Part shown: one piece after another, positions 25,277-36,077 of the stretch
How positions within the stretch are numbered: the stretch's first letter is position 1
Layout of the letters: each line of letters begins with the position of its first letter
NCBI GenBank assembly: GCA_038087875.1
Contig: CM075987.1
Span: forward strand, 25,794,001 to 25,858,000
DNA from: Malacoraja senta
Lineage: Eukaryota
Reading direction: 5' to 3'
Length of the DNA stretch: 64,000 nucleotides
Program-made: the position numbers and the translations under genes
Notes under the pieces: model-generated
The model's database searches: none
What the model was told of the DNA's origin: nothing
Seen by the model: the letters and a program-made list of their open reading frames with translations, nothing else

Positions 25277-26022
25277 GGGCGGCACGGTGGCGTAGTGGGA
25301 GAGCTACAGCCCGTACAGCACCAGAGACCCGGGTTCGATCCTGACTACGGGTACTGTCTGTACGGAGTGTGTATCTTCTCCCCGTGACCAGCCTGGCCTT
25401 TCCCCGGGATCTTTGGTTTCCTCCCACATTGGGATGATCAGCCATGATCACATTGAATGGCGGTGCTGGCTCAAGGGGCCGAATGGCCAAATCCTGCACC
25501 TATTGTCTATTGTTGACAGATGGCGCAATGGGCTAAGTGTTCGGCTGGCAACCGGAAGGTAGCCGGTTCGAATCCCGCTTGGAGTGCATACTGTCGTTGT
25601 GTCCTTGGGCAAGACACTTCACCCACCTTTGCCTGCGTGTGAATGTGTGTGAATGTGTGTGAGTGATTGGTGGTGGTCGGAGGGGCCGTAGGCGCAGATT
25701 AGCAGCCACGCTTCCGTCAGTCTGCCCCAGGGCAGCTGTGGCTACAGAAGTAGCTCACCACCACCGAGTGTGACTGAGGAGTGAATGAATAATGCGATGT
25801 AAAGCGCCTTGAGTATTAGAAAGGCGCTATATAAATCCCATCCATTATTATTATTATTATTATTGTCTATTTCAAAGACGTACAGGTTTGTAGGTTAATT
25901 GCCATTGGTTTGAATGTATAAATGTTTTTTAAAAATTGTCCCTAACGTGTGTAGGATCGTGTTAGTGTGCGGGGATCGCTGGTCAGCGTGGACTTGGCGG
26001 GCCGAAGGGCCTGTTTCCGCGC
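25277..26022 (+). mobile_element. HE1-like V-SINE hosting a CR1 tail (about 25428-25513) and a CORE-SINE
   Basis: Breaks after CTCCCACA; resumes TCAAAGACGTACAGG at about 25872. Confidence 0.85.
25514..25864 (+). mobile_element. tRNA-derived CORE-SINE with L2-type tail (AFC-like)
   Basis: A box TGGCGCAATGG, B box GGTTCGAATCC, CORE GTGTCCTTGGGCAAGACACTTCACCC, tail GTAAAGCGCCTTGAG..AGGCGCTATATAAAT plus (ATT)n. Confidence 0.85.
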
Positions 26023-26448
26023 CGCACCAATACGCAAAAACGTAACGATGATGAAGGCCATTGTTAGCATTGTTAACATCTAACAGACTGTTTAAGTTTT
26101 CAGTGTGAACCGGAGCTGGATGTGAGTGAGTTAACAACTACACAAAATGGAGGGACCGCCAAGTCCTCTACATTTCCTCCAGATCTTCCTGCCCGCAATT
26201 TATGAAGTTGAATTATCATCAGTAATATTGAAACCATAACACCATACAACAAACCTCAGCGGGTAAGAATGATTTAATATCATCATGCCCACTTGGGTGT
26301 TGCTTTCCTCGTTAAATATAGCACTAAACAAACAATGTATTAACAGCAGTGGTGGAAATTATACAACAGTGTTGACACCCAGTTAATCTCAGCAAAGTGC
26401 ACCGGTGTGGAAGGAAGTCTTTATGAATAATTCTTTTGGAATTGTTAA

Positions 26449-27065
26449 CGGCACGGTGGCAGAGCGATAGCGATACAACGTTTGCAGCGCCAGAGACCTG
26501 GGTTCGGTCCCAACTACGGGTGCTGTCTGTACGGAGTTTCTACGTTCTCCCCGTGACCTGCGTGGGTTTTCTCCGGCATAGAAACATAGAAACATAGAAA
26601 ATAGGTGCAGCAGGAGGCCATTCGGCCCTTCGAGCCAGCACCGCCATTCATTGTGATCATGGCTGATCGTCCCCAATCAATAACCCGTGCCTGCCTTCTC
26701 CCCATATCCCTTGACTCCACTAGCCCCTAGAGCTCTATCTAACTCTCTCTTAAACCCATCCAGTGATTTGGCCTCCACTGCCCTCTGTGGCAGGGAATTC
26801 CATAAATTCACAACTCTCTGGGTGAAAACGTTTTTTCTCACCTCAGTCTTAAATGACCTCCCCTTTATTCTAAGAATAAGTTCAGAACCGGCTTCTCCGC
26901 TTTCCTCCCACACTCCAAAGACGTGTGGGTTTGTACGTAATTGGCTTCGGTAACATTGTCCCTCGTGTGTAAGATAGAATTAGTGTACGCGCGATCGACG
27001 GTCAGCACGGACTCAGTGGGCCGAAGGGCCTTTTTCCATGCTGTATCTCTAAATTAAACTAAACT
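26449..27065 (+). mobile_element. HE1-like V-SINE interrupted by a CR1 3' fragment (about 26577-26876, minus)
   Basis: SINE halves flank LRIKGRSFKTEVRKN..GTGY*. Confidence 0.85.
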
Positions 27066-27211
27066 GAGCTAATTGCCCTTCTGCCTGCCTAATGACAACT
27101 TCACCACAGGAAGTCAAAGACAGGCTGGACAGAGTTTTATCAATTAAAAACTGGAAGATGCACAACAACAGCTTTAGGAATGAAAATGGCTGTGATTATT
27201 TAACTGTAACT

Positions 27212-27545
27212 GGGCAGCACGGTGGCGCAGCGGTAGAGTTGCTGCCTTACAGCGCTTGCAGCGCCAGAGACCCGGGTTCGATCCAGACCACGGGTGCTGT
27301 GTGTACGGAGTTTGTACGTTCTCCCCCCGTGACCTGCGTGATGTTTTCTCCAAGACCTTCAGTTTCCTCCCACATTCCAAAGACGTACAGGTTTGGAGGT
27401 TGTAATTGGCTTGTTATAAGTGTAAATTGCCGCTAATTGTGGGTATAGAATATTGTTAGTGAGCAGGGATCGCTGGTCGGTGTGGACTCAGTGGGCCAAA
27501 GGGGCCTGTCTCCACGCTGTATCTGTAAACTAAACTAAACTAAAT
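27212..27545 (+). mobile_element. HE1-like V-SINE
   Basis: Full length. Confidence 0.9.
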
Positions 27546-28067
27546 GTGAAAATCTGGACCCCTACTACGGTGCTGTAATAATGTGGCTATCACAAATGCT
27601 GTGTATGTTTATAGACAGCATGAAAATAAATTGTTCCGCGGCTTTGAATTACCACCCACCGGCTACACCATTGTTGCACGTCCCTGCTCATTAGGCTGTT
27701 TTACTGTTCCCAACTTTTAAACTGTCCTTTTTTTATGAATGCAGATCAAAACTGGCAGAATGTCACACCTAACAGCCAATGGCTCAAAAATAGTTTGAAG
27801 CAGCTCTAAGCGGAGAAACCGTGATTGTTCTAAATTTATCACATTCCTGGGAACAATAGCTGGTGCACATCATCCTGTTTTCACAAGGATGCTTTTCGAC
27901 AAGAAAGTTGTGTTCTCTCAGCGTTATGTCCCACGAGATTGTCAAACTTAAATGCACCTCCCACACGTTTCAATCTGGGGTGTCTTTGATTCACCCCTGC
28001 TAATTGGCACTCCAGTTCCTTAGCCAAGTTATTTTTTGCCAACCAGGGCTCCCAATTAGGACTAACT

Positions 28068-28539
28068 GGGTTTAGTTCAGTTTCAGGATACAGCGCGGAA
28101 ACAGGCCCTTCGGCCCACCGAGTCCATACCGGCCATCGAACCCCGCACGTTAACACTATCCTACACACACAAGGAACAATTTACACATACACCAAGCCAA
28201 TTAACCTACATACCCGAATGTCTTTAGTTTGTTTCGTTTAGTTTAGAGATACTGCACGGCAACAGGCCCTTCGGCCCACCGAGTCCGCACCGACCAGCGA
28301 TCCCCACACACTAACACCATCCCACACACACTAGGAAAATGTACATTTATACCAAGCCAATTAACCTACATACCTGTACATCTTTGGAGTGTGGGAGGAA
28401 ACCGAAGATCTCGGAGAAAACCCATGTGGTCACGGGGAGAACGTACAAGACAGCACCCGTAGTCGGGATCGAACCCGGGTCTCTGGCGCTGCAAGCACTG
28501 TACGACATCAACACAACCGCTGCGCCACCGTGGCCACCC
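28068..28539 (-). mobile_element. Two adjacent HE1-like V-SINEs (one partial)
   Basis: Tail region occurs twice; one head. Confidence 0.85.
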
Positions 28540-28540
28540 T

Positions 28541-28843
28541 AACATCAAGTAACCCTTGCTTTCCCTCTTTCTCCATCCCACCCCCCACCCTAGATTCATT
28601 GTCCTTGTGAATACATTTTACTGATTGCGCGCCTCGTTGTCACCTACCCCATAACTAACAATGATCCTTTCCACCTCTTCCCTGATCTTTGTCTCCTTTC
28701 GATCTCTCGTTTTCCCACCTTACACATGTCGCTCTGCCCAGACGCTCTGACTGAAGAGGGGTCTCGACCCTAAACGCAACGCAGTCCTTCTATGCCGAGA
28801 TGCTGACGGTCCCGCTGAGTTACTCCAGCGTTTTGTGTCTGTC
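28541..28843 (+). mobile_element. Penelope-like 3' UTR fragment (older)
   Basis: TCAAGTAACCCTTG start matches the ORF stop context at 19120; degraded hammerhead about 28751-28780. Confidence 0.75.
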
Positions 28844-29002
28844 TCCCAATCAGGACGATGGCTATGAAATCAAACCTTCCAACTTTGCCAAACGCTCTCC
28901 TTCGTCTCGGATAAAATGCTCAGCGAATTCAACACAGGAGTTCTCTGGGCAGGGTGAGAATTGCCCGAAGCTTCCAATTTGTGGCCATCAAACAGTGGGA
29001 GA

Positions 29003-29032
29003 TGTAAACAAGGTCAATAAAGGTCAAAGTCA
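29003..29032 (+). promoter_or_regulatory. Candidate enhancer motif cluster: forkhead site plus perfect DR4 nuclear-receptor element
   Basis: TGTAAACA-AGGTCA-ATAA-AGGTCA-AAGTCA in apparently non-repeat DNA. Confidence 0.4.
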
Positions 29033-29095
29033 ACCAGCACATGAGTCTGTCACCACTGGTCACTTGGGTGCACGAGTCTGCTAGGTTCTTAGCTT

Positions 29096-29330
29096 AGGTA
29101 GACAAAAATGCGGGAGAAACTCAGCGGGTGAGGCAGCATCTATGGAGCGAAGGAACTAGGCAACGTTTTGGGCCGAAACACTTCTTCAGACTGTTGCTCA
29201 GTCTGAAGAAGGGTTTCGACCCGAATCATTTCCTATTTCCTTCGCTCCATAGATGCTGCCTCACCCGCTGAGTTTCTCCAGCATTTTTGTCTACCTTCGA
29301 TTTTCCAGCATCTGCAGTTCCTTCTTGAAC
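29096..29330. mobile_element. Penelope-derived palindromic element (subfamily B) with 13-bp TSD
   Basis: AGGTTCTTAGCTT at 29083-29095 and 29331-29343; inverted arms plus tail. Confidence 0.9.
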
Positions 29331-29343
29331 AGGTTCTTAGCTT

Positions 29344-29657
29344 AGTTTAGTTCAGTTTAGATTAGTTTAGTTTAGAGATACAGCGCAGAAACAGGCCCTT
29401 CGGCCCACCAAGTCCGCCCCGACCAGCAATCCCCGCACATTAATGCTTTCTACACACACTAGGGACAGTTTACATTTACACCAAGCCAATTAACCTACAA
29501 ACCTGTGTACGTATTTGGAGTGTGGGATGAAACCGAAGATCTCGGAGAAAACCCACACAGGTCATGGGGAGAACGTACAAACTCCGTACAGACAGCAGCA
29601 GTAGTCAGGATCGAACCCGTGTCTCTGGCGCTGTGAGGCAGCAACTCTACCACTGCT
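29344..29657 (-). mobile_element. HE1-like V-SINE
   Basis: V domain, B box, tail. Confidence 0.9.
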
Positions 29658-29811
29658 CTATGCAAAAGTAACAGAGATAAGCTTCGAAACAGTGCAGAAA
29701 ATGAACAAATAGTCCATTTTGTTTGGTGGAGAACGTCTGCAGTCCGGAGTTCCAACACTGCCTCACTGAAGGCTTTACCTTTGTAATGATAAGGGTACTT
29801 CAGCGTAACAA

Positions 29812-30115
29812 TGTTGAGGATGTTCCACTAGTGGGAGAGTCTAGGGCCACAGGGCACACCGCAGAATAAAAAGTCATATGTTTAGAATGGCGATGAGGAG
29901 GAATTTCTTTAACCAGAGGGTGGTGAATCTGTGGAATTCATTGCCACAGAAGGCTGAGGCCACGTCATTGGATATTTAAGGCAGAGATAGGTAGATTCTT
30001 TATTAGCACGGGTGCCTAGGGTTAATGAGGAGAAGGCAGGAGAATGGGGTTGGGAGGGAAAAATAGTTCAGCCATGATTGAACAGACTTGATGGGTCAAA
30101 TGGCTTAGTTCTGCT
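29812..30115 (+). mobile_element. Older CR1-like 3' fragment
   Basis: Degraded ESRATGH..FFNQRVVNLWNSLP. Confidence 0.8.
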
Positions 30116-30517
30116 ACAATTGTAGTCCTTTAGGTCTACCGCTGCTCCAGTGTGCCGCAAGATCCTTATTTATCGTGTTCTTAAGTATCCAAAGCAGAGT
30201 GTCCTTAACTGAAGGTGGTTAACTCCCATCTAACAGCAGTGGTTGGTACAACAGTGTATCACGAGTCATTCCACAAGCCACCCACCTCCTTGTTAAATAG
30301 AGTATAGGGCGGAGCGGTGGTAGACTAGCTGCCTTACAGCGTCGGAGACCCGGGCTCGATCACAAACATTTTGTGTCTGCCTTCAGTATATTGGATGAAT
30401 TGGTTCAGCTCCATTTCTGGGGAGTGTGAGACCTCTGCATGTACTGTAAACACATTTAACATGGGCTTGCTGTTGCACTCTGATGTGACTGAGAGAGATC
30501 TTGATCCAATGATGCAA

Positions 30518-31305
30518 TGGGCGGCACCGTTGCGTAGTGGTGGGGTTGCTGCCTCACAGCGCCTCAGACCCGGGTTCGATCCCGACTACGTGGGCTGTCT
30601 GTACGCAGTTTGTACGTTCTCCCCGTGACCTGCGTGGGTTTTCTCCCAGTCTCCAAAGACGTACAGGCATTTAGGTTCATTACTTACTTACTAACTTACT
30701 GCCTATTATGCCTCCTGGCATGTAGGGCAGCAAGGAAGGTCCTCCACTCCTGTCTGTTCTGGGCTAGCTTCTGGACACTACCCCAGGTCAGGTCCATTGT
30801 TTTCATTTCCTCCCCTACAGTTTGACGCCAGGTGGTTTTGGGTCTCCCACTTTTCCTTTTCCCTTCCAGTGTCCAGTGCAGGACCATTCTTGGGATGCTG
30901 TCTGGTACATTCATCCTAGCATCTGTCGATAGCCCTGGAAGTCCATCACGCCCAGTAGTGTTGATTCCTGCAGTTGCTGTTTCCGTAACATATTTGTTTT
31001 ACGAGACAGGGTTGTTAGCCCCTGTGCTCAACCTCCAACCTGGAGGACCAGTGGATCGCTCTTCGTCTCGCCTCTACCCTTCGACCTGTCCAGCATGGGA
31101 GACCCTAACAGGAGACGAATCTCCCGCTGGCCTAGCTCTAAGGGGTCACGGAGACACACACGCTCCCCGACAATGACAAGGTTGCAATCCACGGGGAGAT
31201 TTAGGTTAATTGGCTTGATATAAATGTGTGTGTAGAGTAGTGTAAATGTGCGGGGGACCAAAGGGCCTGTTGCCACGCTGTACTCTAAGCTAAGCTGAAC
31301 TAAAC
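30518..31305 (+). mobile_element. HE1-like V-SINE interrupted by an RTE derivative
   Basis: Halves flank 30682-31198. Confidence 0.85.
30682..31198 (-). mobile_element. Bipartite non-autonomous RTE element (5' UTR fused to ORF C-terminus)
   Basis: RTE-type 5' end; W..EGKRKSGRPKTTWRQTV..LAQNRQEWR..* C-terminus; (TAAG)n tail; TSD ATTTAGGTT(C/A)ATT. Confidence 0.85.
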
Positions 31306-31319
31306 GATGTATCAAGAGT

Positions 31320-31578
31320 TGTGTAGGAAGGAACTGCAGATGCTGGTTTAAACCAAAGATAGACTCAATCAGCTGGAGTAACTCAGGGGGGACAGGCAGC
31401 ATCTCTACGGAGAAGGAATGGGTGACGTTTCGGGTCGAGACCCTTCTTCAAACTTGTTAGGGATAAGGGAAACGAGTGATATAGATGGTGATGCGTAGAG
31501 ATAAAGAACAATAACTAAAAGATATGCAAAAAAGTAACGATGATAGAGGAAGCGGTCCATTGCTGGCTGTTTGTAGGT
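31320..31578 (-). mobile_element. Penelope-like 3' UTR and terminal repeat
   Basis: Matches 36695-37097. Confidence 0.8.
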
Positions 31579-32508
31579 TGTAGAGGGTGTTTGTAGGACC
31601 AGAGGGAACAACCGCATAGGTAGATGTTTTGTAGCTGTACCAAGGGTTGTTCCACATGCTACCCATTTTCTTGCTGGCACACTGACCTACATGTCCAGGT
31701 CACACATGCGGGCCAGATACCTTTAAGAACTGGGGCGGTAACGGCACTTTGTGTTAAATCAACTAGGCCACGAGGGAGAAGCGGAATTGAACAGCAAAGT
31801 TCCTCCCGAAGCTGAAACTCTTCGACACAAATCCAAACTTTGTTTCCTTCACGAATGTGAGCAGCCCCCCCAGGGGAACTGAGGGCTAAAAAAAAAAAAA
31901 TCATCAAAAACCGCATTTCAGGGACCGTGTGTGTTTTTTTAATATAGAGAAGACTCCACTTTTCACAGCCTTTACATTAGAATAATGTAACGTGTAATTA
32001 CCAAAACTGTAGAACATGCAATCTGAAAAGCAATTTAATACAAATACAACAATGACGTACAAAGGCACCCAAAGCTGTGTAAGTTTGGATTAACATTTAC
32101 ATTGTGTGATTTCCAATGCGCAGATCATTATTTATTGTGTAGACACACCAAGATGTGTGAAGTCCTTAGGGTATCCTAATAACATTTGTATTCTTGAGAG
32201 CGCGCTGCGACAAAGTGCAGAATGGATTATTTTTCCACCTTTGTGAGTGTTGATTATTCTATACTCTGAGGAGAAGGGGGTTGTCTTTACTTATAAAGTG
32301 ACCATCCCCTGGAGATTCGGGAGATGCTGCCTGTCCCGCTGAGTTACTCCAGTTATTTATGTCTATCTTTGGTTCAAACCAGCATCTGCAGTTCGTTCCG
32401 ACACGTCCCTGCACTGACGACTTGTCTAGTTTGGAGGTACAGCAAGGAAACAGGCTCTCCGGCCCGCACCGGCAAGCGATCAAGATTCAATTTAATTGTC
32501 ACGTGTCC

Positions 32509-33158
32509 CAATGGAATGTTGGCCTTCATAACAAGAGGGTTTCAGTATAGGAGTAAAGAGGTTCTCCTGCAGTTGTATAGGGCTCTGGTGAGACCACATC
32601 TGGAATATTGTGTACAGTTTTGGTCTCCTAATTTGAGGAAGGACATCCTTGTGACTGAGGCAGTGATGTGTGGGTTCACGAGATTGATCCCTGGGATGGC
32701 GGGACAGTCATATGAGGAAAGATTGAAAAGACTAGGCTTGTATTCACTGGAGTTTAGAAGGATGAGGGGGGGTCTTATAGAAACATATAAAAATTATAAA
32801 AGGACTGGACAAGCTAGATGCAGGAAAGTTTTTCCCAATGTTGGGCGAGTCCAGAACCAGGGGCCACAGTCTTAGAATAAAGGGGAGGCCATTTAAGACT
32901 GAGGTGAGAAAAAACGTTTTCACCCAGAGAGTTGTGAATTTGTGGAATTCCCTGCCACAGAGGGCAGTGGAGGCCAAATCACTGGATGGATTTAAGAGAG
33001 AGTTAGATAGAGGTCTATGGGCGAGTGGAATCAAGAGATATGGGGAGAAGGCAGGCACAGATTATTGATTAGGGACGATCAGCCATGATCACAATGAATG
33101 GCGGTGCTGGCTCGAAGGGCCGAATGGCCTCCTCCAGCACCTATTTTCTATGTTTCTA
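32509..33158 (+). mobile_element. CR1/HER1-like 3' fragment inserted in a Rex1 3' UTR
   Basis: NGMLAFITRG..RPHLEYCVQFWSP..GTDY*. Confidence 0.92.
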
Positions 33159-33159
33159 A

Positions 33160-33627
33160 TTAAAGTACAGTGAAATTTGAGTTACCGTACAGCCATACTA
33201 AGTGAGAACAAAAACAATATACAACTCAGCCACATAAAATAAAATTTATCATAAACATCCACCACAGCGGAATCCACATTCCTCACCGTGATGGAAGGTA
33301 AAGCCAGCATAGTCTGATCAAAAATAGTCCGAGGGTCTCCAGTAAGGAAGACAGTAGTTCAGGGCTGCTCTCTGGTTGTGGTAGGATGATTCAGTTGCCT
33401 GATAACAGCTGGGAAGAAACTGTCCCAGAATCTGGAGGTGTGCGTTTTCACACTTCTGTACCTTTTGCCCGATGGGAGAGGGGAGAAGAGGGAGTGGCCG
33501 GGTTGCAACTCATCCTTGATTATGCTGCTGGCCTTGCCGAGGCAGCGTGAGGTGTAGATGGAGTCAATGGAAGGGAGGTTGGTTTGTGTGATGGTCTGGG
33601 CTACGTCCACAATTCACTGCAATTTCT
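33160..33627 (-). mobile_element. Rex1/Babar LINE 3' fragment
   Basis: LPSIDSIYTSRCLGKASSIIKD..PGHSLFSPLPSGKRYRS..SFFPAVIRQLN. Confidence 0.9.
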
Positions 33628-33993
33628 GTTATCCTAATGCAATTTATTCTTCCACCCTGGGCGCCACAGAAGCAGTGGTGCTATCGAATAAATATTCATT
33701 CAACTATTCTTTATCTTTATATTGTTAATATAAATTCATAAACATGGAAGTAAAACAGTCACTTATGCAGCTAAGTTATTCTGCTCTAATCTTCTCTGCC
33801 CTCAGTGGTGTCTTTCTCCTCAACAAATAGTGATGGAATAATCTTGTGTATAATTCAGGTTGTCCACTGACAGTCCCAAGGTGTGCTGTGTGCGTGTCTC
33901 TATCTTTGCAATGGTCTTGACATTTTCAAGAAGCGAGACAGGTAAATTGCAAATTTGCTATTTGGAAATGAGTTTGGTTTATTGTCACGTGTC

Positions 33994-34324
33994 CAGGGTT
34001 CCCAGGCCGCTGGGAGGACTCTCCCGACCCCGGAGCAACATCACCCGGCGAGAACGGCCTGGAACATCGTGCCTCCGTAGAGGCAACTGTGGAGGCCTCA
34101 ATGGGCCCGACTATGGGTGAACTGGGGTGGGGGACTGGACTTTGTGCCTTCCCTCATGGTGGGAGCCATTGTGGGGGGATGTTCAGTGTGTTAAGACTAT
34201 CTTGGTGTTATGTCTGTATTCTCTTCTTTTGTGTGCTGCATAATGGCAAGAAGCATTTCACTTCACTACACCTGGGTGTATGTGAATGTGACTAATACAA
34301 ATACTTGACTTTACTTTTTACTTT
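33994..34324 (+). mobile_element. Unclassified GC-rich retroposon with Rex1-like 3' end
   Basis: ACGTGTC duplicated (33987-33993, 34325-34331); ends CATTTCACT..GTGACTAATA plus ACTTT-like repeats. Confidence 0.6.
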
Positions 34325-34442
34325 ACGTGTCAACAAAGCCAGCGATGAGGATGGCTCATGTTCATGTCAGTATAAGGAAAACAGATATGTGAAAGAAGGA
34401 ACTGCAGATGCTGGTTTAAACCGAAGATAGACACAAAAAGCT

Positions 34443-34710
34443 GGAGACGAGGAAACACTTTTTCTCACAGAGAGTGGTGAGTCTGTGGAATTCTCTGTCT
34501 CAGAGGGATGTGGAGGCAGGTTCTCTGGATGCTCTCAAGAGAGAGGTAGATAGGGCTCTTAAAGATAGCGGAGTCAGTGGATATGGGGAGAAGGCAGGAA
34601 CGGGGTACTGATTGGGGATGATCAGCCATGATCACATTGAATGGCGGTGTTTGCTCGAAGGGCCAAATGGCCTACTCCTGCACCTATTGTCTATTGTCTA
34701 TTGTCTATTG
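34443..34710 (+). mobile_element. CR1 3' fragment inserted in a PLE arm
   Basis: (CTATTGT)4 tail; PLE GCTGGAG|TAACTCAGC split. Confidence 0.88.
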
Positions 34711-35747
34711 TAACTCAGCGGGACAGGCAGCATCTCTGGAGAGAAGGAACGGGTGACATTTTGGGTCGAGAGCCTTTTTCAGATATAACAGGCGGCAGGG
34801 TGGCGCTAAGGTAGAGCCGCTCCCGTACAGCGCCAGACACCCGGGTTTGATCCTGACTACGGAGTTTGTACCTTCTCCCCGTGACCTGCGTGGGTTTTCT
34901 CCTAGATCTTCAGTTTCCTCCCACACTCCAAAGATGTACAGGTTTGTAGGTGTATTGGCCCAACTTGCCCACGCCAACCAACATGTCCCATCTACACCAG
35001 TCCCACCTGCCTGCGTTTGGCCCAAATCCCTCTATATCCGATCCATGTACCTGCCCAATTGCTTCTTGAACTAGAAAACATTTTTTTAGAAGCCAATTAA
35101 CCTACAAACCTGCACGTTTTTTAGGAACGTGGGAGGAAACCGGAGCACCTGGAGAAAACCCTTGTGGTCACGGGGAGAATGTACAAACTCCGTACAGCAG
35201 CACCCGGAGTCAGGATCGAACCCGGGTCTCTGGCGCTGTGAAGTAGCAAATCTACCGCTGCACCAATGGTTCTTCGGTCTTTCTTCTTTAACGGACCTCT
35301 CCATCCAGAGATATCATGAACACATCAGACACGTGAACACAACGCAACAACCTCAACTATGAACTACAGAGTGCATTTGGTTAGAATAAGGACTTCTGGG
35401 TTGTTTTGCGCTACCATTGGGGATATTCGTATAGATATTCTATTTATTATATGTTATCTATGTGTACTGTCTTTATAGATGTTATGTAGCTGCAGATAAG
35501 AATTTCATACATATGGTGATATCTAGTAACAGTTGGACCTCTGGAGAGAAGGAATGGGTGACGTTTTGGGTCAAGACCCTTCTTCTGAAGAATCCCTTCT
35601 CTCCAATGATGTTGCCTGTCCCGTTGAGTTACTCCAGCATTTTGTGTCTACCTTCAATAGAAATAAATATTGATCAAGTGAAAATAGGCATTCCAGATTG
35701 GATGTTGACATCATTGATTTGAGTAGCTGGAGCTAACGATTACCTCA

Positions 35748-36077
35748 TTAGTTTAGTTTAGTCTAGAGGTACAGCGTGGAAACAGGCCCTTCGGCCCATG
35801 CATGGGAGCAGGCCCCTTCGAGTCCATGCCGACCAGCGTTCCCCGCACACTAACACCATCCTACGCACATTAGCGACAAATTACAATTTTACCAAAGCCA
35901 ATTAGCCAACAAACCTCTACGTCTTTGGAGTGCGGGAGGAAACCGGAGCACCCGGAGAAAACCCACGCAGGTCACGGGGAGAACGGACACCTCCGTACAG
36001 ACAAGCACCTGTAGTCAGGATCGATCTGGGGTCTCTGGCGCTGTAAGGCAGCAACTCTACAACTGCATCACCATGCC
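35748..36077 (-). mobile_element. HE1-like V-SINE
   Basis: Near full length. Confidence 0.88.
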
